A model generated the notes under the pieces. The model had not been told where the DNA came from and ran no database searches. It was given only the letters and a program-made list of their open reading frames with translations. Below, piece after piece: positions 32,168 through 42,613 of a DNA stretch of 64,000 nucleotides (its first letter is position 1; each line of letters opens with the position of its first letter). The translations under genes and the position numbers were made by a program. Source of the DNA: an uncultured Planctomycetaceae bacterium (GTDB lineage: Bacteria; Planctomycetota; Planctomycetia; Isosphaerales; Isosphaeraceae); assembly GCA_963833985.1 (NCBI GenBank), contig CAWIAD010000002.1, forward strand, positions 800,001-864,000, in the 5' to 3' direction.

Positions 32168-34178
32168 ATGTTCTCCAGGGTCGTTACCTGTGCAGGTCTC
32201 GTTGCAATCGCAACGCTTCAAAACCCGCAACCCGCGCAGGCCGGTAGGCCAGCAAGCCAGCCGGCGGCGAAATCGGGTGACACTGATGCCGCGGCCCTCA
32301 TCCAGCATGCCCTCCAGTGCGAGGAGCGCGGGCTTAGCGGGGAGCGAACGAAGTATCTGGCGAAAGCCATCGTGGCGGATCCCCAGAACCTCCTGGCCCG
32401 CGGCTTGACGGGCCTGGTCTCCTATGAGAGCCGGTGGTTGCAGCCGGATGAGGCCCGGCGGCGGATCAAGGCCAACCTGGGGCCAGGTGCGAAGCTGGCC
32501 GAGTACAACGCCCGTCGATCACAGCTCGACGCGATGGACCGGGACGCCGACAGGATCGACTGGCTCAAATCGCGAGGCGCCCTCGGCGAGGCGCAGCTTT
32601 ACCAGTGGGAGGCCGACCGCAAGCTGGCCCAGGCGCACGCGAAGCTCGGTCTCTGGTGCCAGCAGAATGGCTTGAAGCCTGAGGCGATCGCACACCTCAC
32701 GGTGGCCGTGCATCTTGACCCGTACCGGGAGGGGGCGTGGAGGAATCTCGGCTACGTCAAGCGCAACGGGCGGTGGATGAATCACGAGCAGATTGCCGCG
32801 GCAGAGCGTGCCGAGCTGGACGAGCTTCATGCCCGGCAGTACTGGAAGCCCCGCCTTGAGCGCTTGAGGCGTGAGCTGGCGGAGCTAGGCAGACGCGAGC
32901 AAACTCGCCTTCGCTTCGCCGAAGTCACCGACCCGGCGGCCATCCCCTCGATCATGACTGTCTTCGCCCATTCCGGCCCGCCCAGCGCTTTGCTTGCCGT
33001 GCAGCTTCTTGGCCAGATTCGCGACCCGGCCGCAACGAAGAACCTCGCCCACCTCGCGGTCTATGCCGATTCGGAGGCCGCGCGCCAGGCCGCGATCGAA
33101 GTGCTCAAGACCCGCGACTGCCAGGAGTTCGCCGGCGAGCTGGTCGATCTCGTCCACACGCCGATCCGGTTTGACCTGCTGCCCCTGCATGGCCCCGGCT
33201 CGCGGGGATCGCTCACGGTGGATACGCCGCGGTTTCATATCGAACGGACCTATGATGCACCGCCGGCATTCACACTCGGCAGCTCTTTCTTCGGTTACGT
33301 CGGGTTTGACGAAAACGGCTTGCCTGTGGTCATCCGGGGCGCGGAGCTGGGGTACCTGAGACATGAGCGTTCATTGGTCGACAGGGAGATCGATCTCGGG
33401 CAGCTCGAGGCTCGCACCAGGCAATTGCTCGTCGAGGCCCAGGTCAAGGCAAGCATCGCCCAGGAACGGCTTGCCGCCGATCTCAATGCGATCCTTCTCG
33501 CCAATGCGCAGGCGCGTTTCCTCAATTCTCGCGTTCTCCCGGTGCTCAAGGCGACCGCGGGCGCGCCCGATGAGCTTGATGAGGATGAGGACGGCTGGCA
33601 TGTCTGGTGGTACGACAAGCTCGGCTACCGCTACCAGCCATCGCCCCGCATGACAATCATCGAGAACGCCGTACCGCAGTTCCCTCCACCCGAGTTCTGG
33701 ACCTGCTTCGCGGCCGGAACTCTCGTGGACACGCTGGAGGGTCCCCGGCCGATCGAGTCCATCGCCATCGGCGATCAGGTCCTCAGCCAGGACGTCTCCA
33801 CGGGGGCCCTGAGCTTCGAGCCTGTGGTCGTGGTGCACCACAACCCGCCTGGCCAGACGCTACGGATCGTGCTCTCGGACGGCGGATCCGTGGTTTGCAG
33901 CGTCTACCACCGTTTCTGGCGCCGGAAAGGGCTGGGCCATGGCCCGCGACCTCAAGACGGGCGACCTGCTGCGCGGACTTCGAAACGCCGTCCGGATCGC
34001 CGCCGTGGAGTCAGGCTTGACCGAGCCGCTCTATAACCTGGACGTGGCCAGGTCCCGGACCTTCTTCGTCGCGCGCGACAACCTGCTGGTGCACGATAAC
34101 ACGCCGCCCGAGCCCGGGCTCAGGCCGTTCGACGCCATATCGTCTGCAAACGCGCCAGGGAAGCCTCATGGGCAATAG
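32168..34178 (+). CDS. Exported HEAT-repeat protein with C-terminal polymorphic-toxin-type Hint domain (frameshift ~33921)
   Basis: TCFAAGTLVDT..GPRPIESI.IGDQVLSQD...HRFWR; next frame GWAMARDLK.GD...LYNLDV...FFV...LVHDN. Confidence 0.88.
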
Positions 34179-34220
34179 AGGCTTTCCGCCCGGGGGCGCG
34201 GACCGGCTGGTAAAGAAGGT

Positions 34221-34257
34221 TCCCGCCGGGCTGGCCCCAGATGGGGCCTGGCGGGAG
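34221..34257. terminator. Hairpin between convergent Hint gene and selB
   Basis: TCCCGCC..GGCCCC-AGAT-GGGGCC..GGCGGGA. Confidence 0.4.
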
Positions 34258-34324
34258 TGTCGTAGTTCATTAATCGTTATGTAAATATGAAGTGATAACT
34301 AATTTTTGAAAATTTGACGAGTGT

Positions 34325-36298
34325 TTAATTATCATTGGTGATCTGCCCCAGATTTCGCACGTCGCCCTCGCGCCGGGTCAGGCCAATGCGGTCCAGGTAC
34401 TCGCCGATGGGCACGGCGTACTTGCGGGTGGTTCCCAGCAGGTCGCGGAGATCGGCCATGGTCATGCTCGACCCATCCGCCAGCCGCGCGACAACCTTCC
34501 GGCGCAGCTCGGCCTCGACATCGAAGTCGAGATAGAGGCCCGATGAGACCTCGACCAGCTTCTGCTCGTCGCAAAGCAGGGCCAGCAGCTCCGGCACCGC
34601 AGCGGTTCGAGTACCGGCCGTGGCGGCCAGGTCGGCCGCGTCGGGCGGGCTCATACCCCCTTTGCGGACCGACTCGGCCAGCTCGCCCTTGAGCCGTCGC
34701 TCTCCCTGGCTGAGCTTCGGCTCGTGGCCCTTGAGGGCCACCGTGCGGGCCTCCACGATCACCTTGCCCTGCGCCTTGAGCCGGTCGACGATGCCCGAGA
34801 TCAGTGCCTCGCTGGCCAGGTCAGGAAGCTCGGCCGCCAGGTGGGTGCGGGGAATCGCCGAGAGCCGCGGCCGGGCCTGGTGCAGCCGGCCCAGGGCGCG
34901 GAGCACACGATCTTCCAGGTCCGTGACGAACTCGGCCAGGATGCGAACCGTTCTCCGCGGACCGACCGGGACATCGATCAGCTCTTCTGTTGCCGCCAGC
35001 TGGTCGAGCCAGCGGGGAACCTCGTCGATCGGCAGTCCCGCACGGGCCGACAGGGCCCGCTCGCTCCACGGCTCCAGGCCCAGGAAAGCGAGGACCGCGG
35101 AGAGGCGTTCCCGCGGATCCGCCGAGCGCAGGCGGTCGAGCCGCGATAATGCGGTTTCATCGCGCCGGCGCAGGCGACGCGCCAAAGGCTGGAGCACGCG
35201 CCCGCCTCCCACCGTTGCGGGTGGGCTCTCCTCGCGGATCACGAGCGGCTGGCCGTGGACAGCGACGGTCGGCTGGGCAAGGAAAAGCTGGCCGAGCTGT
35301 GAGCGGCCGGGCGCCAGTTCGTTCTCCTTCAGCAAGGCCAGCGTGGCAGTGACCTCCGCGGTTCCCAGGTGAACGCGGTAGCGGGCGCGGTGCCGCAGTC
35401 CACGAACCGCGTCCGGCGACGCCGTCACCTCGACGGAGAGAACGCGCGAGGCTTGCAGGTACCCGGGTGCGGCCAGCTCCTGCCCCCGCACGACGTCTCC
35501 ATGGTGGATCCCCGCCAGGTTGATTGCCGCGCGTGATCCGCGGTCCAGCCGCTCGACGGGCTGGTCATGCCGGTGCAAGCCGCGGACGCGCACCAGCCGG
35601 CCGGCGGGCTGCCACTCCAGCTCATCACCCAGGCAGACGCTTCCTGATGCAACCGTCCCGGTCACAACCGTTCCATGCCCGGCCAGGGTGAACGACCGGT
35701 CGATGGCCATCCGGAAGAGGCCGGCGTCAGCACGCACCGAGACCTCATCGCAGAGCTCGGCCAGGCGGGTCTTCAAATCGCCGAGCCCCTGACCCGTCAT
35801 GGCCGACGTCCGCACGATGGGGGCGTGCTCGAGGAACGTGCCGCGGACCAGCTCGCGCGCCTCGTCCTCGACCAGGCTGATCCAGGAAGCGTCGGCCACG
35901 TCGCACTTGGTCACGACGATGATCCCGCCGACGAGGCCCAGCAGCCGGAGGATCTCCAGGTGTTCTCGGGTCTGGGGCATCACCGAATCATCGGCCGCGA
36001 TCACCAGCATGGCCAGGTCCAGGCCCGAGGCCCCTGCCAGCATGTTGCGGATGAACCGCTCGTGGCCCGGAACGTCGACGAGCGCCAGGCGATGACGCCC
36101 CAGCGCCAGTGAGGCGAAGCCCAGGTCGATGGTGATCCCGCGCTGTTTTTCGGCAGGCAGCCGATCGGTATCGACACCCGTCAGGGCGCGCACCAGGGCG
36201 GTCTTGCCATGGTCGATATGCCCGGCCGTTCCCACGACCAGGTCGCGCTTGCCGCCATGGCTTGCGGCGTCACCGGCAGTGTCACTCGACTGGGTCAT
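34325..36298 (-). CDS. selB: Selenocysteine-specific elongation factor
   Basis: [28 protein letters not shown], winged-helix end [14 protein letters not shown]. Confidence 0.97.
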   Translation of the reverse strand: MTQSSDTAGDAASHGGKRDLVVGTAGHIDHGKTALVRALTGVDTDRLPAEKQRGITIDLGFASLALGRHRLALVDVPGHERFIRNMLAGASGLDLAMLVIAADDSVMPQTREHLEILRLLGLVGGIIVVTKCDVADASWISLVEDEARELVRGTFLEHAPIVRTSAMTGQGLGDLKTRLAELCDEVSVRADAGLFRMAIDRSFTLAGHGTVVTGTVASGSVCLGDELEWQPAGRLVRVRGLHRHDQPVERLDRGSRAAINLAGIHHGDVVRGQELAAPGYLQASRVLSVEVTASPDAVRGLRHRARYRVHLGTAEVTATLALLKENELAPGRSQLGQLFLAQPTVAVHGQPLVIREESPPATVGGGRVLQPLARRLRRRDETALSRLDRLRSADPRERLSAVLAFLGLEPWSERALSARAGLPIDEVPRWLDQLAATEELIDVPVGPRRTVRILAEFVTDLEDRVLRALGRLHQARPRLSAIPRTHLAAELPDLASEALISGIVDRLKAQGKVIVEARTVALKGHEPKLSQGERRLKGELAESVRKGGMSPPDAADLAATAGTRTAAVPELLALLCDEQKLVEVSSGLYLDFDVEAELRRKVVARLADGSSMTMADLRDLLGTTRKYAVPIGEYLDRIGLTRREGDVRNLGQITNDN

Positions 36299-36377
36299 GA
36301 TCACGCCAGTCTAGCGGTTCGGCCGCCTGCTGGCGACCGGCGATGACGGATCGTCGGGCGCTGCTGTGCCTGCAAGG

Positions 36378-37157
36378 TCAAGCGAGCTTGAGCATCGTGT
36401 ACTCGGGTGCCAGCCCCGCGATGCTGCTCTGCGATTTTCCAGGGGCGATCGCGGCAAACGCATAGAACTCCCGGGTGAGCCCCGGGTGGGCGTTCGATGC
36501 GATCGACGAGGGAAGCAGGCTCTGGGGAACGGTGGCCTTCACGGTGTCTCCGGAGACGAGGATCGCGCTCGGGGGAAGCACGACCGTGGATGTCACCTGG
36601 TATTGCGCGTTCAGCAGCAGGACCGCGGCGGAGACTCCGCCCGAGCCGGTGCTCACCTGGACGATCGCGTCAAAGGCGATCTGGGGCCGTCCCTTGATGG
36701 GCCCCGGGCTGGTGGCGCCACCTCGATTGACCAGAAACGAGTAAAGCGCCGGCTGGGTGACATCAATCGGCAGCAAGACCTTGCCCGTGAACTCGACAGC
36801 GTGCTGCGGGTTGATCCGGGCATCAGCGGCGATGACATCCAGGTCCGCGGCTTTCGTCCCGGTGTAATCCGGGTAGTACATCGGCGCCTTGAGAACATGG
36901 CTTTTCGAGATGCTTTGATACAGGGGGTGCCTGGTCAAGCTGAGCTCGTAGAGGCCTTCGATGCGGCCGGAAACGTTCTTGGGAAGCTGGTTGGAAACCT
37001 GGATGGGAACCAGCACCGGATTCTGCGGTGGCGGTGTGGGGAGCAGGGCCTGGAGAATGGAAAGGCTCAAGAGCGATCGTTCCTCGAGCGGCTCACACGC
37101 AGGCCGGTGCATCCGACCGGCTCTTCGCGCAGCCGATCGTCCGGGAAAACGCGGCAT
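36378..37157 (-). CDS. Hypothetical extracellular protein with planctomycete LExRxLL motif
   Basis: CEPLEERSLLS near the N-terminus; start uncertain. Confidence 0.75.
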   Translation of the reverse strand: MPRFPGRSAARRAGRMHRPACEPLEERSLLSLSILQALLPTPPPQNPVLVPIQVSNQLPKNVSGRIEGLYELSLTRHPLYQSISKSHVLKAPMYYPDYTGTKAADLDVIAADARINPQHAVEFTGKVLLPIDVTQPALYSFLVNRGGATSPGPIKGRPQIAFDAIVQVSTGSGGVSAAVLLLNAQYQVTSTVVLPPSAILVSGDTVKATVPQSLLPSSIASNAHPGLTREFYAFAAIAPGKSQSSIAGLAPEYTMLKLA

Positions 37158-37401
37158 TCCCGTTCCTCCTTCATCCGAGAAGACCGGCGCAACGTACACT
37201 CAGGGCCGGAAGCATAGCCGGAACTCCGGAAAGCACAAGCCGAACCCGTGCAACGGAGTGGCTTCGCTTCCGCGATTCGCCGGTTTCCGGACGGGGGTCA
37301 ACGCTCTTGTCGACCTCGTCAAGAAAAAACCCGGAACAACCGCGAGGCGCCGTCAGACTATTTCCTCAGAAGAGGCGATCACCCGATTGCACGAGGCCCC
37401 C

Positions 37402-39792
37402 GTGACGCTCAACTCCAAACAAGGCTGCATGCTACTGCGTCATACGCGCTCGCTCTTCACGGAAGGAACCCTCCATGGATTGACGGACGCAGAGCTCTTG
37501 AAGCGATTCGTCGATCAGCCCGGGGAGCCGTCGGAGCTGGCATTCACGTTGCTGCTCGAGCGCCACGCCGGATTGGTTCTGGGCACGTGTCGCCGCGTTC
37601 TGCGTAATGCCGAGGACGTTCACGATGCATTTCAGGCCACGTTCCTGGTTCTGGCACGCAACGCTCGGTCGATCCGGAACCGTCAGTCGGTCGCCTGCTG
37701 GCTCCAGGGTGTCGCCTACCGGGTTGCCTGCTCGGCCCGCTCGAGTGCCAGCCGGCGTCGTTTCCACGAGCAAAGCTATGCCAGGCAGAGCGAACTCAGA
37801 CTCATCCGGGAAGAACCGGCTCACGGCGACCTGCGGGCCGTGCTCGACCGGGAGCTGAGCCGCTTGCCGGAACGCCACCGCGCGGTGGTTGTGCTCTGCG
37901 ATCTCGAGGGCCTGTCCTACGACCAGGCCGCATCAGCACTGGGCTGGCCCATGGGCACAGTCAAGAGCCGGCTGGCGCGGGGACGAGAGCAGCTCCGAGC
38001 GCGCTTGATCCGCCGTGGGGTCGCTCCCGCGCTGGCGGCTGCCGGAGCACTCGGCCTGAGCGACTCCGCTCTTGGCGCCGTGCCGCATGGACTCAGTCAG
38101 ATGACCGTGAGTGCCGCGGTGGCGCTCACGGCGCGCCGATGTGCGGTCTCCTTCATGTCCCCCGCTGTCCTTGCACTTGTGGAGAAAGGTCTCATGACGC
38201 TCGCGTGGACCAAGGTCCGATATTCTGTCGCGGCTCTCATGCTCGCCTCGTGCCTTGCCACCACGGCGATCCTTCTCGCGGGCCCGCACTTCCGGGCGGC
38301 TGCTCAGGATGCAGGGCGCGGCATCAAGAGTGCGGAAGACGCCGGGAAGGAAGCATCAGTGAATGCGCCGCGCCCGACGGCGACAACCCGCGCATCAGCC
38401 ACGTCATCGCCGGCGGCAAAACCGTGGGAAAGCGCTGTGCGCATCCGCGTCCTGACCGATGGTTCGGTGCGAATCGCCTCGGGCACGGTGATCCACAGCA
38501 CACCCGAGGAATCGTTGGTTCTTACATGCGCTCATACGTTTAAAGTGGACGGAGCCGTGCCGTCACCCGGCTATCCCTGGAAGATCATGGTCGATCTTTT
38601 CGATGGCACGCTGCATGGCGAGAATTTCGACGAGGTACGATTCGTGAACACGACCGAGGGTCAGCCGGTTGATTTCGATTTCAGCCTGGATCTGGGCCTG
38701 ATCCGCATTCGTACCGGCCGTGCGCTGCCTGCCTCTCCCATGGTGCCGCGGTCGTGGCAACCGAAGGCGGGCATGCGAATGCTGAGCATCGGCTGCTCGG
38801 ACGGCAACGCTGCGACGCTCTGGAATACGACGATCACTCGTCCTGTCTCAAGTGGTCTCGCGGGGAACCCATCTTACGCTGCGATCGAGTGCCGGAGAGC
38901 ACCCAAACCAGGGCGAACGGGGGGTGGCTTGTTCACGGCCGACGGCAACCTTGCGGGTATCTGCAATTTCGCAGAGCCGCGGGGCGATGCCGGTCTTTAT
39001 GCCGCACCTTCCTCGATTTACCAGTTCCTGTTCCGTAACGGCTGGGAAAGTCTGTATCACGATGGGGCAAGTGACACCGACAAGGCGGATCCGCGTCGGT
39101 CTGGCACGCACAATCAGCCCGGCAACCCTCCTCCCACCGCGGCCAGCGAGATCGAGATACTCCGAGACCGGATCGCACGGGCACAGAACGAGAGCATCCG
39201 GTTGAGGAACGAAGCACTCAAGCTGACGGATCAGCTCTATAGTCTTATCTCCGCGGCCCAGACTGGAGGCACGGCTCGAGCACCGGAGCAGATCACGGCA
39301 GCTGAGAAATCCGCCACTCCGGCCAGGCCGCGCGACTCCGACTATCATCCACCGTCCAGCGGGGGTCCGAAGCCAGGCGCCGCGAACGCGGGCCGCCGGA
39401 AGCCCTTCCTGCGTGCGCTCGGCCTGGTCTTCGCGGCCTCACCGATGGGTAGCAAGGTCGTGGTCCATGACCCAGTCACCCGGAAGGACGATTCCTTCGC
39501 GCTCGGAGCGACGAAGGAGAACCCGCTGGAAGTCAGCTTCGTCGAAGCAATGCCGGTGGTCGGCCTCAACATCAAAGGGGCGAAGATCGCCCGCACCGCT
39601 GTCTATGACCAGCGCACGGGCGCCTGGATTCCGCTTGAGCTGAGCGAGCCCGTGAGCGGCGAATTGAAGTCCAGTACCGAGAGCGATGGCACCGTCACAT
39701 ACGATGCCGGCCGGTATCACTACACGTATAGTTCACGAACCGGTAAATGGGACCGTTTCGATCATGGCACGATCACGGATGCTCAGGAATAA
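37402..39792 (+). CDS. Extended ECF sigma factor with TM segment and trypsin-like domain
   Basis: TDAELLKRF, DAFQATFLVLAR, GTVKSRLARGR; hydrophobic segment; SGTVI...VLTCAH...DLGLIRI...GRTGGGLF; start inferred. Confidence 0.88.
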   Translation: MTLNSKQGCMLLRHTRSLFTEGTLHGLTDAELLKRFVDQPGEPSELAFTLLLERHAGLVLGTCRRVLRNAEDVHDAFQATFLVLARNARSIRNRQSVACWLQGVAYRVACSARSSASRRRFHEQSYARQSELRLIREEPAHGDLRAVLDRELSRLPERHRAVVVLCDLEGLSYDQAASALGWPMGTVKSRLARGREQLRARLIRRGVAPALAAAGALGLSDSALGAVPHGLSQMTVSAAVALTARRCAVSFMSPAVLALVEKGLMTLAWTKVRYSVAALMLASCLATTAILLAGPHFRAAAQDAGRGIKSAEDAGKEASVNAPRPTATTRASATSSPAAKPWESAVRIRVLTDGSVRIASGTVIHSTPEESLVLTCAHTFKVDGAVPSPGYPWKIMVDLFDGTLHGENFDEVRFVNTTEGQPVDFDFSLDLGLIRIRTGRALPASPMVPRSWQPKAGMRMLSIGCSDGNAATLWNTTITRPVSSGLAGNPSYAAIECRRAPKPGRTGGGLFTADGNLAGICNFAEPRGDAGLYAAPSSIYQFLFRNGWESLYHDGASDTDKADPRRSGTHNQPGNPPPTAASEIEILRDRIARAQNESIRLRNEALKLTDQLYSLISAAQTGGTARAPEQITAAEKSATPARPRDSDYHPPSSGGPKPGAANAGRRKPFLRALGLVFAASPMGSKVVVHDPVTRKDDSFALGATKENPLEVSFVEAMPVVGLNIKGAKIARTAVYDQRTGAWIPLELSEPVSGELKSSTESDGTVTYDAGRYHYTYSSRTGKWDRFDHGTITDAQE

Positions 39793-39812
39793 GTCCCCGA
39801 TCGATGCGCCGT

Positions 39813-40892
39813 TCAGTCGCCAACGACCAGGACCGCGAAGGACCCGGGGACCATGGTTCCACGCCTTCGGCCGGCTCCCTTGGTCGCACCCGCGGGAGCG
39901 GTCTTGGCCGCCGGAGTGGAGGCGGTCTTGGCGGCGGGCGTTGGGGCATAGGTTGCGGCCGAGAGGTACACGCGGTGCGTCTGCGGGTCCAGCGCGATCG
40001 TGCGTGCACTGGGCTGTGTGGGAATAGTGGCCGCCACGACAAACTTCCCGGGCGTCTCCTCGCGCACGACGGTCAAGCTCCCGTCGCCACCGTTGGAGCT
40101 GTACGCCAGGCCCCGAGCGGGATCGAAGGCACAGCCGTCCGAGCCGGGGCCGATCGGCAGCGTGGCGAGCACGTGACCGCTGTCGGCGTCAAGCACGATC
40201 ATGGTCTGGCTGGCACCACAGACGCTGAAAAGACGCCGGTGCTCTCGGTCCATGGCCAGGCCGCTCGGACGCTGGCCAGGCGCGAGAGACCAGCGGTTCA
40301 GCACGCGGAGAGTCCTGGCGTCATACTCGGCAACCTCACTCTTGTCCATGATGTTAACGAACACATGGCCCTTGCCGTCGGCCACGGCGGCCTCGGGAAC
40401 GCCGTCGAGTGCAACGGTACCGGCCACCGTCAGGTTCACGGGGTCAACCGCTGTCGCGTCCTTGCTGCCGTGATTGTAGGTGAAGATGCGGTTGCTCGCG
40501 GGATCGAACATGATGGCATCGGGCCGGCCGCCCACCTTGACACGGCCCGTCTCCTTGAGCGTCTTCAGGTCAAAGACCGTGACGGTGTCGTCGCCGCCGT
40601 TGGAGGTGAAGCCCCTGTTCAGCTCAGGAGCGATCGCGACGCCGTGTACGCCGGGGGTTCCCGTCACCTCGCCCACCACTTTTTCGGCTTCGGTGTCCAC
40701 GACGATAATGCGATTCGAGCGCGATACGTAGAGCCGGCTGGACGCGGGGTCGACGGTCAGGTAGTCCCAGCCTCCGTCCCCACCAATGGTGATTTTCTTG
40801 ATGGTGGCCGGGACGGGTCCGGAAGTCTGAGCCCGGCCGGCGGCCGGCAGTGCCAGCAGCAGGGCGGCGAGAACAGGCGCGATGGTTTGCAC
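39813..40892 (-). CDS. YncE-family beta-propeller exported protein
   Basis: Signal peptide; GGWDYLTVD, GVHGVAIA, repeated blades. Confidence 0.88.
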   Translation of the reverse strand: MQTIAPVLAALLLALPAAGRAQTSGPVPATIKKITIGGDGGWDYLTVDPASSRLYVSRSNRIIVVDTEAEKVVGEVTGTPGVHGVAIAPELNRGFTSNGGDDTVTVFDLKTLKETGRVKVGGRPDAIMFDPASNRIFTYNHGSKDATAVDPVNLTVAGTVALDGVPEAAVADGKGHVFVNIMDKSEVAEYDARTLRVLNRWSLAPGQRPSGLAMDREHRRLFSVCGASQTMIVLDADSGHVLATLPIGPGSDGCAFDPARGLAYSSNGGDGSLTVVREETPGKFVVAATIPTQPSARTIALDPQTHRVYLSAATYAPTPAAKTASTPAAKTAPAGATKGAGRRRGTMVPGSFAVLVVGD

Positions 40893-41229
40893 GACGGCAA
40901 CTCCCTGAAGAAATGGAACATGCAAAACAGAGAGAGATTCGATGGGAGTATGCGTCAATCGCGACGGCTTCGTCCAGTCAATCTGACGCCTGTTGATCCT
41001 AAAATCTTCCTTATCAATTTGTGATGCCTGCAAGTCCTCTCCGCCGCGGGCTTCGGGACCGGGCAGCCCAGGGCAGGAGCAGCCACGCCTTTACCGGCCA
41101 GGCCCTTTTGGGAGGCTCGCCGCGGGTGTACGATCTCCTCCGTGGCCCAGCATCGAGCAGGTAAAAGATCAAGGCCAGGCCGAGGGACCGCGTGCTTGCA
41201 GAAAGACTCTGCGCGGGGAGGAGCCGACC

Positions 41230-42597
41230 ATGGATCGACGTGACCTCTTACGGCTGGTCCCGACGGGAGCGGCCCTCGGTTGTGCAAGCCTCCTCGGAGG
41301 CCGCGGGATGGGTGCCCAGAAGGAAAGTCCGGAGCACAAGCCGGCACCGGCCGGGCTGCCTCCGCTCAAGATCACCGACGTCCGGACCATCCTCACCGCT
41401 CCCGACCGGATCCGGCTGGTGGTCGTCAAGGTGATGACGTCCGAGCCGGGACTTTACGGACTGGGCTGCGCCACCTTCACCCAGCGCGCGCTCGCGGTGC
41501 AGACAGCGGTGGAAAGGTATCTGAAGCCGTTCCTGATTGGCCGCAATGCCGATGAGATCGAGGACGTCTGGCAATCTTCGTATGTCAGCTCGTACTGGCG
41601 CAACGGGCCCGTTCTGTTCAACGCCATGAGCGGCGTGGACATGGCGCTCTGGGACATCAAGGGCAAGCGCGCCGGTATGCCCGTTTATCAGTTGCTGGGA
41701 GGCAAGTGCCGTTTCGCCGCGGCCCTTTATGCGCACACCAGCGGACGAGACCCGCACGAGCTGGAGGATCGCGCACGGGCTGCCATGGAGAAGGGATACC
41801 GGCACATCCGGGTGCAGATGGCCATACCCGGCATGGCAACCTATGGCGCGGCGGGCCAGCGTGAGGTGGCACCTGGCTCGGGCTCGGCCGGTCCGGTCAG
41901 TCCCCGGTCCACCTGGGAGCCGGCACGTTACGTGCGTGAGATCCCGAGACTGTTCGAGTATCTTCGAACCAAGCTGGGCGAAGAGGTAGAGCTGCTGCAC
42001 GACGTTCATGAGCGCATCGCGCCCAGCCAGGCGATCAAGCTGTGCAAGGACCTTGAGCCCTACCGGCCGTTCTTTGTCGAGGACCCCCTTCCTCCCGAGG
42101 AGAACGATCATTTCCGCCTCTTGCGGCAGCAGTGCGCCACGCCCATCGCCATGGGTGAGCTGTTCAACACGCAGCACGAATATGTTCCTCTCATCTCCCA
42201 TCGCTTGATCGATTACATTCGCATTCATATCTCGCAGATCGGCGGGCTGAGCATGGCCCGCAAGGTGGCCGCGCTGGCGGAGTTCTTCGGCGTCAAGACG
42301 GCCTGGCACGGTCCTGGCGATGTCTCACCGATCGGCCATGCCGCCGGCCTGGCCCTCGAGCTGGCCACGTATAACTTTGGCATCCATGAAGGCGGCGTTT
42401 TTCCGCAACGGACGCGCGAGGTCTTTCCCGGCTGTCCGGAAACGAAGGATGGTTTCCTGTACGCGAATGAATCACCCGGCCTGGGGATTGACGTCAACGA
42501 GACGCTGGCCGCGAAGTATCCATTGCCGGAAAGCCCGACCTTCGATCATAGCTGGGGAACCACCCGCCGGCGCGATGGAACAGTCATCCGGCCGTGA
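41230..42597 (+). CDS. Enolase-superfamily sugar-acid dehydratase (RspA/ManD-like)
   Basis: YWRNGPV, DMALWDIKGK, LLHDVHER, AWHGPGD. Confidence 0.92.
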   Translation: MDRRDLLRLVPTGAALGCASLLGGRGMGAQKESPEHKPAPAGLPPLKITDVRTILTAPDRIRLVVVKVMTSEPGLYGLGCATFTQRALAVQTAVERYLKPFLIGRNADEIEDVWQSSYVSSYWRNGPVLFNAMSGVDMALWDIKGKRAGMPVYQLLGGKCRFAAALYAHTSGRDPHELEDRARAAMEKGYRHIRVQMAIPGMATYGAAGQREVAPGSGSAGPVSPRSTWEPARYVREIPRLFEYLRTKLGEEVELLHDVHERIAPSQAIKLCKDLEPYRPFFVEDPLPPEENDHFRLLRQQCATPIAMGELFNTQHEYVPLISHRLIDYIRIHISQIGGLSMARKVAALAEFFGVKTAWHGPGDVSPIGHAAGLALELATYNFGIHEGGVFPQRTREVFPGCPETKDGFLYANESPGLGIDVNETLAAKYPLPESPTFDHSWGTTRRRDGTVIRP

Positions 42598-42613
42598 AGT
42601 GGCGAGTCACCCC

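Noticed and set aside
36961..37401. N-terminal extension of the 943-aa ORF
   Set aside because: Overlaps the divergent gene; sigma homology begins near 37402-37430
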